NCBI GenBank assembly: GCA_951406725.2
Contig: OX597825.1
Coordinates: 63,798,001 to 63,862,000, forward strand
DNA: 64,000 bases
Source of the DNA: Octopus vulgaris
Taxonomy: Eukaryota
Reading direction: 5' to 3'
The notes below the pieces were generated by a model. It was not told the DNA's origin, did not search any database, and saw nothing but the letters and a program-made list of their open reading frames with translations. Below, one piece after another: positions 13,365 through 27,906 of the stretch (its first letter is position 1; each line of letters opens with the position of its first letter). A program made the translations under genes and the position numbers.

Positions 13365-14251
13365 AGTATATATATATATGTATGTATATGTGTGTGTATG
13401 GTGGTATATTTGAACGCGTATATGCATTACATATGTGGGAAATTCTGTCTGTGTTTAGCTAATTTCTCCTACATCATTTTCTCAATTTTGATGAGACTTG
13501 ACAGGTGAGTGGAACTCATGTCTGGAAGCCTCCTGTCTTACTCAAATTGTTGAAAAAATAATAAAGCCCCTGGAAGTGATCCTTACATATATATATGTAT
13601 GATATATTTTACATTAAAAGCCAAGGGAAATAACACAGTCTCCCCTGGAAAGCCATTCATTTTCCTAAATTATGTTGTAAAATGATATTGACTATGCTCA
13701 TTTCTTAGTGTTAGAAATTATAGAATTATTTTCGCAATGTATCTCGTACAATCCTTAAACAAGTAAATAGTATTTTCCTAAACAATATATCCACTTATTT
13801 CGGTTAGTGATTTATCCGCGAATATGCCAGCACTATCATCCCTGAATGAATATGTTCTAGAAATGAACAAAAGCCCTTTTCAGAGTTATTCACTTTGAAT
13901 TGTTATTATCTCATATCTGATTAATCTGATATTACGTAACATGCTTACCGATTTTAGTATACGTAACTTATTAGTATTTCCTCCTATGTTCTATATACTC
14001 TGGGAACGCATTAAACCGTTTTCGGGCTACCGGATTTGAATCCTTACTATCGGGTAACTCATTTCATGTTATTATATCTGACTTCACAATTTGCGTATTC
14101 ATAACTTATGGGGAATACCTAAAAATAGGATCTTGTGTAAGACAGTTTGGTATTCTCTGTAAAAGCACAAAAACCGTTTTAAGGGTTAAATACTTTGTAT
14201 TGCTTTTGTTGGATTAGCAAAACAATTATGAGAACGGAACCGCGTGGTATT

Positions 14252-14403
14252 GAGAGCAAAGCAGTGCTGATATGGTCACATTTATTTTGTTGATATTCAC
14301 ACTTACAATTATCCTTTCGTCTATTGTTTTAACTCGAGTGTGACACAGATTTCATGACTAACATTTCCCCATATAGATTAGATATAAGGCGATTACAGGT
14401 AAC

Positions 14404-14410
<7 letters not shown>
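14252..14410 (+). repeat. 159-bp local direct duplication of 17802-17960
   Basis: gagagcaaagcagtgctg...caggtaactataaat at both loci with 2 mismatches; this copy ends in (TA)n. Confidence 0.95.
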
Positions 14411-14475
<65 letters not shown>

Positions 14476-15418
14476 TATGTGTATGTTTGTATGTGTCTTT
14501 CTACGTGTATATATATGTATTTATATGTACTTATCTGCATATAGTTGTGTGTGCTTGTGTTTGTGTTTGTGTGTGTATATGTGTGCCTTCAGGTTTGCGC
14601 TTATTTTTATATACGTATGTTTCCTTGGGTGAGAATATTTATGTAAATGTATCTGTTCATGTGTATGTTATATATGAGGCAATCGTGGAAGAAACTACCT
14701 CAATAAGCATTGTAACTTCCCAATACAGACCGGTGCCTTGAGACGCCCACACACATGAATCATCAGGGATACATCGTCTAGTGTGTGACATGTATAGACA
14801 GATTAATGTCATGGAAAGTTTCGTTAGAATAATCTATTTACTGATCTGATGGCTAAAATGAAACTGCTTACGACCTTCTTCGCCTTCCTATGTAGGTATA
14901 TCACAGTACCTTTTTCTGTATACTGTTTGGCGAATATAGTTCATTGTTGTTTCCTATCAAATAAATATTTGTGTCACGAAAATCACCTATCGTTATAGGC
15001 CCCAAACTATAAAAATACCTCCCATTGAGTCCCTTTAGTTGTTTATCTCACAGGTATTTTTCTAAGATTGTTGTGTATTTACAATTTATTAGTCTACCTT
15101 TCTGATGATCTGGACCATACGATGGAATGGATTGTATAAATCAAATTTATAATTTGTCATAGGCCTCATTCTTGATTATTGTTACCAGAATTATACCCTG
15201 CACGCACGAAATAAAAGATATGCGTTTCTCTCTCTCTCATACAGGGGTGTAATATTACGTAATGGCCCTACAAGCTCACATAGAAGAGATAATTTTCGTT
15301 GGTAATGTCTAGAGGTGTAACTGATACATAAATTTTATTGCGCATATGATGTGTTCTCACCCATTTCCACATGCGTATGTGTTTGTATGTATATATGTAA
15401 ATAAATAAGTACACACAC

Positions 15419-15474
<56 letters not shown>

Positions 15475-15489
15475 TTATATATATGTATA

Positions 15490-15569
<80 letters not shown>

Positions 15570-15696
15570 GTATATTCATATATATATATACACCAGAAAA
15601 CTATATGGTATTAACCATACGTTTCTGGTGCATCTAAGTTAAGTACCGCATTCAACTGAATTCATTAGAACTGGCTTGAATCTTAATTGCTTTTAC

Positions 15697-15730
<34 letters not shown>

Positions 15731-15759
15731 CATATATATATATGTGTGTATGTATGTAT

Positions 15760-16505
15760 AAGATAAAACCTATTTGGAAGAGGATCCCTCTCCTTCAATC
15801 ATATAATTTAAATAATCTATATATATATATAATAAGGTTTTTTTGCAAAAAGTTGCTTAAACCACATACCGAAAATGTTAGAAATAGCAGCCAAAAAACT
15901 ACTATTTCTTTTACTACAAAAATAAGTCTCCACAGACAAAAATATTTGTAACTCACATATGGCAAAACAAAGAAGGAAAACAGCGAAATCACACAGTCCT
16001 CGGATTAATTATAGACGTACGTTTCTGGATTACAATCGTAAGGTTTATTCTGCTATCAAGATAATATTTCTCATAAATCTAGAAATGATAGGAAAACCTG
16101 CCTTTTATATTTTCGACCAAGCGACATCGAAAGATACAAAAGTCAACCAGCATATCCACATTTATATAGACAAGTGAATTCGTATTTCCTTACAGAATTC
16201 CACCACGTAAGTCACAAAAACAGTACTGCCGAAAAAAGATTCGTAGTTTTGTCTTAGGGGAGTAAAACAGTCATTACAGATATAGGGTGAAATATAATTA
16301 ATTTAACAAAATCAGCAAATTTCACCTAGTAGTATTTCGGTATGGAAAAGGACCATATTCGGTAAAAATTTATATAATTATAATAATAAGGGTTTTTTTG
16401 CAAAAGAGTAAAGAGATTGCATACAGTGGGTATCAGAATAATTAAGATAAAACTTACTTGGAAGAGGATGCGTGGCGTTTTAATTGTATAATAATATAAG
16501 TAACA
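15760..16505 (-). mobile_element. Probable PLE-derived non-autonomous remnant with degenerate hammerhead (16008-16065)
   Basis: Internal direct repeats (aagataaaac..ttggaagaggat; taataagg..ttttttgcaaaa), homology to 26552-26610, and minus-strand attat-cttgatag..ttgtaatcca-GAAA-cgtacg-TC-tataat; flanked by TA tracts. Confidence 0.45.
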
Positions 16506-16772
16506 TATATATATATCCATAGATACATACGTATATGTACATACTTACATCTATACGTAATAATATATATGCATACGTTGGCGCAGGACGTCACGAAATG
16601 TTATACCAAGAAATACGAAGCATGTGTACAGAGAATATGAACTACTTCTTCGAACACCGAAAGACACTATACACTTTCGATAAAACAGTTGCTCCAGCAA
16701 AGCAAATTAAATAAATTTGGAATTTGGCGGAGGGTTAAAATTGGTAACACAAACAGGACAGTGAAAACAAAC

Positions 16773-16908
16773 AGGAAGGGCTGCTAAATCTAAACGAGGT
16801 TATGATGGTGAACGCGTAAATCACGCTTGGACAGGAGACACAGAAGAACACATCCTCTTTGTTCCTCCTACAATGGAAACACACAGACACACAGACACAG
16901 ACACACAG

Positions 16909-16942
<34 letters not shown>

Positions 16943-17066
16943 GTGTGTGTGTGTGTGTGTGCCCGTTGTAGGTGGAACAATGAGGACGTGTTCTTGTCCG
17001 TCTCCTGTCCAAGCTTGATTTACGCGTTCGCTATGATAACCTCTTTTAGGCTTAGCATCCCTTCCT
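16773..17066. repeat. Imperfect palindrome, ~105-bp arms around a (CA)n/(TG)n centre
   Basis: aggaagggctgctaa..gaacgcgtaaatcacgcttggacaggagac..gttcctcctacaatgg mirrored by ccgttgtaggtggaac..gtctcctgtccaagcttgatttacgcgttc..ttagcatcccttcct. Confidence 0.85.
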
Positions 17067-17081
17067 ATTTTTGACACCTGA

Positions 17082-17325
17082 AAACATCAAATCACATCAC
17101 CACGTCAGCTTCCTCGATCAATCGCAGCCCACCTTGAGGTAATAACAATATCTCTACCTATATATGGATCAAAACAATTTGATTGAAATTCATTGGTACT
17201 CTTGTTTTTTAAGCGTGATGCTAGTCGTAGGCTATTTTGAATTTGAATGAGAAGTAGATTGCTATTACCGTAAGGTGGGCTGCGATTGATCCAGGAAGGT
17301 CACGTGGTGACGTGATTTGATGTTT
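17082..17325. mobile_element. MITE-like element with ~68-bp terminal inverted repeats
   Basis: aaacatcaaatcacatcaccacgt..atcaatcgcagcccacctt..gtaataacaat vs attgctattac..aaggtgggctgcgattgat..acgtggtgacgtgatttgatgttt. Confidence 0.6.
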
Positions 17326-19289
17326 GTATGTGGTTAATTGTTAGTAGGAAAATACCGCATTGCAAACAAAAAAATGTGGAGGATAGGAAATAGAGCACGT
17401 GGCGATTAGAAATCGGTCACGCTGTTGGGAGGTGGAGGATGTATATAACCTTCCTCGACCAATGACTTCTGTCATTCAAATTCAAAATAGCCAAAGACTG
17501 GCATCATGCTTGAAACTCAAGAGTACCAACGAATTTTCATCGAATTGTCTTGATTCATATATGTAACTCCTAATAACTTGGTTGACTGCCCTTCTTTCGT
17601 TTCTGCACTCACTCATATGTGTGTGCGTGCGCGCGTGTATTTGTGTATGCGGCATAATAATTTCCATAATACATTATTGATATCCTTTTACGGTTTAGTT
17701 AGCCATCTTTCGCCGCAGATCTAATGTCCCCACGATAACATTCATAGCCATGTTACACTTATAATATGCTATGATCATTGCGGAAAGGGACAGCTGCTCT
17801 GGAGAGCAAAGCAGTGCTGCTATGGTCACATTTATTTTGTTGATATTCACACTTACAATTATCCTTTCGTCTATTGTTTTAACTCGAGTGTGACACAGAT
17901 TTCATGACTAACATTTCCCCACATAGATTAGATATAAGGCGATTACAGGTAACTATAAATGAGCACTTATACTACTATGATATATATTGAAAAATAAGTT
18001 TTTAAAAAACAACTTTCTGGGCATTGATTTAAGTATTTAAGGTTATGTTTCGCATGCCTATCATTTATTACCAGAACTAACGCCAGCAACATTTCACAAG
18101 CGCATATAAAGGGAGATTCTTTGACATGGCATTGACATCAGAGATCCTGTAAATGGGTTCTCAGTCCACTAACTACAACAGTGAATCGACTGAAGCTTGA
18201 TATTTATCTCTTAGAGAGAGAATACAATGTAGTAAACACAAACATTTATTCTGTATTTACAAAAGATAGGATTATCAAAGCCATATAATGCTTAATCTTA
18301 GGTCATTTTGATTAAGGTTTGCCTAGGGCTATACGATAACAACGCATTGACGTATATTAATGAGGACTTATTTCAAACACATATACACACTATTAATTAG
18401 TCATTCATTCTAATAATTATCTTGTTATGAATTATAATTCTATGGATGCATTAGCACAAGTAATTATCCAATAATTAGTGGGAGACCATAAATATCTTTA
18501 TGTCCTCATATAATATTGTAATTAAAATCTTTGGATCCACATCAGCTTTAAATTCTTTGTATGCACACCATTCATAGCAATTAGGGAGTGCTACTATAGC
18601 TTATCATGTTGAATTAAATAAGTATGTCAAAGTATCGAAGAATTGATACAAAATTCAGGTAAACATGAGATTCCGTGCTGAATACAAAAGTTCTGACGAA
18701 AAATATCTGCTCAGAATCCATGAATTTAAGCATGGAAAGAAATGAATTGCCTACGTACAGAACACGCTAGTGTATTTTTCGTAATAACAGCTATTAAATA
18801 TATTTATAATGGATATATAATTAAAACGTTTCAGTATATCATTCCTATTTATCATCTCTCAGTTATCATAGACGAAGTAACTGCAAAGCTGACCTCATTG
18901 GAATATAAGTACACAACTAATGGACGTCGAAATGAAATGCTAGAATTACTTTATTTCTCCACTATTTATGCCATGTCCTCAAACTTAAACATTTATCTTT
19001 CGCTGAATAAAATTAGAACTCAAAATAATGGGGTAATCTACAGCCAACGAATCTAGTCAACACACAAGACAGCTATTATGCTCTCCCACACAAAAAATCA
19101 CCGCGTGGACTCCGTTGAGACTAGTAAGAAACAATTATTAACTTTTTTATTACACTTAACTTGTAAAAATATTTTTGATAAAGTTCGTAAAATTTCTAAG
19201 AAAAGTAAAATTTATCTTATATAATAGCGTTTTCAAACTTCTTTTTTATAAATATATACCCACTCGTATACCACCTGCACTTACTATAT

Positions 19290-19410
<121 letters not shown>

Positions 19411-19423
19411 GAGAGAGAGAGAA

Positions 19424-21195
<1,772 letters not shown>

Positions 21196-21214
21196 CTTGA
21201 TTATACCTTACTTG

Positions 21215-21258
<44 letters not shown>

Positions 21259-21439
21259 ACGCTGAGGATGTAAATGTAAATTATTTAGAATTAAGTACGT
21301 ATTTGGGGGGAAAATGCAGGGTGCGGTGATTATATTGTCTTCTAAATATTACGCAAAAATGAAAATAACATGACATCGCCTTTTCTCATTCTAACAGATA
21401 TATTACAAAAATTACATAGAAGTATCTTAAAATATTAAA

Positions 21440-21915
21440 GAGTAAATCTTTTCAATGAAATCTCCACTGGTTTCAGCCATGACCTCCAGACGATTCCAGT
21501 CTCCTGCAACTTTTATGGACGGTCTTCTTGTTTAAGTTTGTGAATGCTGCTATAATCCTAGACTTCAGTTCATCTTTGGTGTTAGATGGAGTTTTCTTGG
21601 TATCTTTCTCAACTCCACTCCACACATAATAATGAAATGGTTGAAATCTGGGGAGTTATATGACCAGATATTAGGGCTGATGGGGTTGCAGAAATTGTCT
21701 GACAGCTATGACTGGGTTCTCCTGCTTGTGTGGCATGGTGCAGAGTCCTGTTGCCAGATATAGGGTCATCAAGCAGACAAGCAATATTGCAGGGAGCAAT
21801 ATCTCATCCAGAAACTTGATGTAGCCTTCCATGTTGAGTCTGAGGCCGTGTGGGAAGATGAATACAGGTATAACGTTGTCATTACTAGTGATCACTCCAA
21901 GCACCATGATGTTGA
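21440..21915 (-). mobile_element. Tc1/mariner-superfamily transposase remnant, DD37D (maT)-like C-terminus
   Basis: IMVLGVITS..FIFPHGLRLNMEGYIKFLDEILLP..PYIWQQDSAPCHTSRRTQS*LSDNFCNPISPNIWSYNSPDFNHF/YYVWSGVEK; spacing from QQD to the mutated third Asp position is about 37. Confidence 0.8.
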
Positions 21916-22027
21916 CTCGGTGCATGTTCTGGGGGCACGGCAAAAAAACTTTTTTTGAATGTGTTTAGCTTCTGTTCGTATTGGGGCTTCCAGTGCGAAT
22001 ACTATGCAGTGGAGTATGCCATTTCCA

Positions 22028-22172
22028 AATTCCTGGCAGAGTGAATTGCGTCACGGTCCTGTTTTTCTCACAGACAGTGCCGAATAGACCCTACTGTGTA
22101 GTCAAGATCAAAAACAAACGATGCGTATACACAAAATTAAAAATAACCTATGACGACAATTTACCCATCGTA
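22028..22172 (+). repeat. Unclassified dispersed repeat, inverted homologue at 48943-49085
   Basis: tggcagagtgaattgcgtca..tcacagac..gaccctact..tgtagtcaa..atcaaaaacaaac..atgcg..gacaatttaccca matches the reverse complement of 48943-49085. Confidence 0.8.
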
Positions 22173-23146
22173 CTCTGTACAAAGCTCGCCTGTTTCTCTT
22201 AAGATCTAATATTTTTGTCGTGGATTTATGCATTTACATACATCTTTCTCTCACAATATACGCTACCCAAAATTGTATATTCTCATATGATACTCGGTGC
22301 TAAGATGAACATAGATTCAAGTTGTGAATTCTGCAGAATGTTTCCGTTACCTGAATTCCACTTCAGAATAAATTTCACAAAACAAATTTTCACGCCGAGG
22401 ACAATTTGACTTTTTCACAAAGAAATAGGAGAACTATGGTTATGTCTAAATATTATAGCAGCATATAAGCTCATTGTCGAATACTAACGTTTCAGTGGAA
22501 TCCTTGGCACGATTTCCTTGGATGTTCAATAATGTTACAATTATAAATTTAACAAAAGGAATTAAAGAAATATATTTAAAGATTAATCACATGAAGTGAG
22601 GCAAATTAGTTAACGAGCGATGTATTTTAAGAAGGCGAATCTGATTAAGCATTGCGATCTCTGTTGAAGAAAAGTAACTAAAATCTACTTATCATTAATA
22701 GTATCAAAGGAAATGAGAGATAAAACATGACTGTTGGCATCATATAACAATGGTAATTTTGACCCCGGTGAATGAGAAGGCAGACGATAGTCGATCACAT
22801 TGACTGCAGTACTGGACTTGTACTGGACTATAACGTCCCCGAAACGTTAAAGAGAATGTTGGCTTAGGACTTATTTGAAAACAGATAATAAAGAGATGAA
22901 TATGATTATCCCACATTTCGTTGCCATCTTCAATGTTTACTTTCTTCGAAGCGAATTTTCGTAGAAATTTGAAAACAAAAAGGTGTGTGCCACCCACAAA
23001 ATGGGGCTTTGGTTAACAAGCGTCAGTCCCCAGCGAATTCAGAGGGGAAGCTGGCTGGTAAAGCGATTTAAATAAAATATAATATAGAACGTTTCAAACA
23101 AGTAAATAAGTCATAAACTTACAGCGCCCCAAGGACACCTCCAGCT

Positions 23147-23540
23147 ATGGTGACAATAAAAATAATGATGATTATGGCCCTCAACTCTAATGGACACTGG
23201 CTCTACAATAAGAGGTGTAAAGACGGACACGGGCTGCTTACCGTACGGGAATGCATCAACCGTGAACGAAGAAACGTGGCAGAATATTTGGTAAACAGCA
23301 AACATGACCTGCTACAATATGCTGCAAATGCAGAAGGATTTACCAAAATGGACTTGAGAGTGTTCATGAATTCCGATCACGAACAGCCAAAGATAGAAAA
23401 GAAGCCCTACTCCTCGTTGAATTGTATGGTCAGTTACACCGAAAAACTAACAAATTGAAAGCCCATGAATCATCGTGGAGGTGGCTCAGTAAGAGCGACC
23501 TAAAAAGAATAGTGAAAGCTTAATCATCGCTGCCCAGTGC
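23147..23540 (+). mobile_element. R4/Dong-type LINE post-RT fragment (old)
   Basis: SNGHWLYNKRCKDGHGLLTVRECINRERRNVAEYL (cf. DVDRLYLPRKEGGRGL.SVE) and SWRWLSKSDLK..LIIAAQ. Confidence 0.65.
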
Positions 23541-24184
23541 TGTAAAGTGTTGTGTGTTTTAGGTACTTATTGTGATTTGACAAACGGTGCAAATTTTCTG
23601 TAGGCACATCTTCAGTCAACAACATCATGGTATTGTATGCTGTGTGACGTCTTAAATTTTAACAATAAATGCCCTGGGGCAGCAACAAGCGCTGACTCAC
23701 AAGGCTTTTCATCTTAACTGGTTGGAAGTGTTATCATGTACATTGGTTTGTCCTGGTATCACGTATGGGATATAGTAAATATTCTGCTCAATACCACAGA
23801 TTTGCTTGTCAGTTGTTTGACTTTAAGCAGTTGGTGGCTGACGATATGTGCATCCCTGATCACGAGCAGAAGTTCTGAAGGTAGATGATAGCCATGCTTT
23901 GAGAGGAATTCTTTGTGGTTTGAATAATTCATTCCTGGAATGATGTATTCAAGGACGTTTTGAACGGGATGGGCTAATCAACCAAAAGAAAGTTCTTGCT
24001 GCACCTCACCTGCAAGGTCATGCAGTGTTTATCTTGGCATGAGAACATCATGTCGGACACATATGGGTGTAATGATTGTGTCTGGTTTACCCTTATTGGA
24101 CGGGTGATCTTGATGGGTATGTCTGGTTACATATATGTTACCCCAGTGTCACTTTCATAGTATGCACAGCTCTCTCACTCGAGG

Positions 24185-24375
<191 letters not shown>

Positions 24376-24747
24376 GTAAATATAAAGACTTGCTAATAGA
24401 AATTGAAAAAATGTGGCATCTCAAGACGACTACAGTACCAGTGATAGTAGGATCTCTAGGAATGATAAAAAAAGGTACTGAAACCTATTTGAAAATGATT
24501 CCAGGCCTACCATCCCTACAGGAAGTTTAAAAAATCGTATTAACTGGAACGGCTCTTGTACTGAGAAGAGCATTATCGCTGTGAAAACAACATCCATTCA
24601 TGAATTTATTTATTTATTAATTTTTAAATACATACTTTATCTGTGAATTTGCGCGTGTAATTTGGGAATGCATATAATGAGCTTCTCCGCCCTAGGTGTA
24701 TGGAAAACACCCGGCGGAAGAAAATTTGAAGAAAGAAGGAAAAAACA
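24376..24747 (+). mobile_element. R4/Dong LINE family A, 5'-truncated 3' end in (AAT)n
   Basis: KYKDLLIEIEKMWHLKTTTVPVIVGSLGMIKKG..LQEV*KIVLTGTALVLRRALSL* plus 3' UTR; (AAT)n on both sides. Confidence 0.85.
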
Positions 24748-24770
24748 TAATAATAATAATAATAATAATG

Positions 24771-24856
<86 letters not shown>

Positions 24857-24857
<1 letters not shown>

Positions 24858-24907
24858 GCTCGGTAGTGAAGTGAAAGCACGCTATAAAAATAAAAATAAA
24901 ACTACTG
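24857..24907 (+). mobile_element. ~50-bp 3' tip of Dong family B
   Basis: gctcggtagtgaagtgaaagcacgctataaaaataaaa..ctactg nearly identical to 25733-25776. Confidence 0.8.
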
Positions 24908-24917
24908 AATAATAATA

Positions 24918-25773
24918 AAAGCCCCTTCATGGTAAATACTGGACTAAACTAAACGCAAAAGAAATAGACAAAGAAAAATCCCAGCAATGGTTGAGAAGCT
25001 CAGGACTCAAAGCAGAACAGAGGGATTTTTAATTGCAGCACAAGACCAAAGCCTCCACACCAGAAATTACCAAAAACATGTAATGAAAAGAAATATTACA
25101 AGTAACTGCAGAATATGTGGAGATGGACAAGAAACAATAAATCATATTATCTCTAGCTGCCCAGTCTTGGCTAAGAAGGAATATATTCACAGACATGACA
25201 GAGTTGGAACCTACATACATTGGAAGCTATGCCAACATTATGGAATAACAACAGAAAAAAGATGGTATATGCACACACTAGAAAAGGTCACAGAAAACGA
25301 GAAAGCAACCATACTCTGGGATGTGCCGATACACACGGATCGAGAAATTAAGGCCAACAGACCAGATATAGTTGTCAGAGATCATGAAGAAAAAAAATGC
25401 TTTCTAATTGATGTATCAATACCGGCTGATGACAACGTGTCTCTAAAAGAAATGGAGAAACTCTCATAATACAAAGACCTGGAAATAGAGGTAACTAGAA
25501 TGTGGAATCTGAAAACAGAAACAATTCCTATCATAGTAGGTGCATTAGGCATGATAAAAAAATATATATACAGACAAATACATAACAAAAACACCAGGAT
25601 TACAAACACATATAACATACAGCAAATTGCACTACTAGGCACTGCACACATCCTACGCAGAACACTTTCCATACAATAACCATCAGAGCATCACAACAAA
25701 TCACAGCACATACCCAAGGCACACAGAGCTGTGCTCGGTAGTGAAGTGGAAGCACGCTATAAAAATAAAACTA

Positions 25774-25776
<3 letters not shown>
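24918..25776 (+). mobile_element. R4/Dong LINE family B: CCHC knuckle and restriction-like endonuclease (RLE), disrupted
   Basis: KPLHGKYW..SQQWLRSSGLK/TEGFLIAAQDQSL..CRICGDGQETINHIISSC..YIHRHDRV..ILWD..ANRPDIVV..CFLIDVSIP..EKLS*YKDL..IPIIVGALG..ALLGTAHILRRTL; frameshifts and a premature stop; ends in (AAT)n. Confidence 0.92.
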
Positions 25777-25808
<32 letters not shown>

Positions 25809-26019
25809 GAAGAAGAAGAAGAAGAAGAAGAAGAAAATCGTGCAGGTTGTTGCAGACAGAAGGATAGCCAGAGAATAAGAATAGTCTCATTTGATATTAT
25901 CTGCTTTACACAAGGTAAAGGAACACACAATGAACAGTCTTAAAGAATGTTTCAAGGTGAAGAAAAGAGATACGAAACATCGTGGTCAGTGAATGTTATA
26001 CATACATATATATATATGC

Positions 26020-26051
<32 letters not shown>

Positions 26052-26521
26052 TCGAGCACATGCGTGCGTAAATAAAATTATTTGTTGTTACATTTTAACA
26101 AAAGGGATTTTTAATCGGCAATAATACGAATATTAAAATTGCAAGCTAACAATTCAACAATGTGGGCGTGGAAGCATTTATGATATGTTTATTCAGCTCA
26201 AGTAATCCATCCTTTTACTCACTCCCTTCTTGTCTCTTATTCTTTCTCTCTCTGTCTCTCCCTCTCTCTGCTCTCCCGCTGTGTCTCCTTCTCTCAGCCT
26301 GCCACTCCTCCACTCTCTTTCTTTCCATCCCTCCCTCCCACTCTCTATCTATCAATCTATCCATCTCCGTTACTGCACGTATTAAAACTATGTATCTTCC
26401 CCGTATATTTGTTTATAATAATTATCTGTATTGTAGTTCGTAATTGTGTGTAAATATTTCACAGGCACAGAACATCAAAACATACAGAAACACACACATG
26501 CCTGCATATACGTAACGATCA

Positions 26522-26556
<35 letters not shown>

Positions 26557-26637
26557 TTGGAAAAGTATGCGTGGCGTTCGATCATATAATAATATAAATA
26601 ATATATAAATATATAAGCACATACACACACATACACA

Positions 26638-26677
<40 letters not shown>

Positions 26678-27288
26678 TTTACTCACGCACGCACACACAT
26701 ATGTACGTCTGTGTGTGGGAGTATAAGCGTGCATACTCTGCTCCTGTTTCAATGATTATTTAAGTATGTTTATTTAAAATATGTTCTGAATGGATGTATG
26801 GAAATTTGCTTAGAACTTCTTTACACCTCATCACCTCTCCCTCTCAATGTCACTCCCTGTCACTATATACATAGATAGATACACACATACGTACATACAT
26901 ACACACACACACACGAGCATTCGCATATTAATCGTGCGTATGTTTTTTATGAACACTCTAATGATATACCTACATGTAGGATTTTATTTGTATACGCACA
27001 TACACAATCACACAGGTCCACACACACAAGCACACATACACACACTCACACACATACACACTCACACACACATATATGTTAATATACAGATTGAGATCTG
27101 AATGATTTATAAATACACCTACACCGTCCATGAAGTATAATTAACAGATATATAATAATATTATATTGACCTTATTTCTCAAACATTTTATTTCGGGTAT
27201 ATAATTGTGTATATTTATGCACACACAAATACACACACATCTATATCCATGTACACATATAATCCCACAATCATACTCAGAAATATAA

Positions 27289-27309
<21 letters not shown>

Positions 27310-27325
<16 letters not shown>

Positions 27326-27500
27326 TACATAACATAATATATATATATATACATATATACATAACATGATATATATATATATATACATATAGATACATAA
27401 CATAATATATATATATATATATGTATATGCATATGTATAAGTGTATGTTTGTATGTATGTATATACACAAATATACATAACATAATATATATATATATAT
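27310..27500. repeat. Compound minisatellite (atacataacata + TA run) x4
   Basis: Recurrent atacataacat(a/g)atatat units separated by variable (TA)n. Confidence 0.7.
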
Positions 27501-27715
27501 ATGTATATGTGTATATATGTATGTATGTATGTATATATAATATTAATAGATATTTATGCAAATCACATTGCGTCGGGGAAAGCTATGGTAAATTTAAAAT
27601 CAAGCGAAGGTTTTAAAAATAGTTTGACTAGTTTGAACTTATCAAATATGTGTATGCGCGCTTGTGCGTATAAATGACTGTAGGTTTGCATATACGTATC
27701 CTTATCTATGCGTGC

Positions 27716-27906
<191 letters not shown>

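Noticed and set aside
13436-13650. Possible Helitron-type non-autonomous element
   Set aside because: Termini and hairpin not identifiable and no second copy in the window.
24987-25469. 160-aa ORF as a host zinc-finger gene
   Set aside because: It is the CCHC/RLE region of a disrupted Dong LINE.
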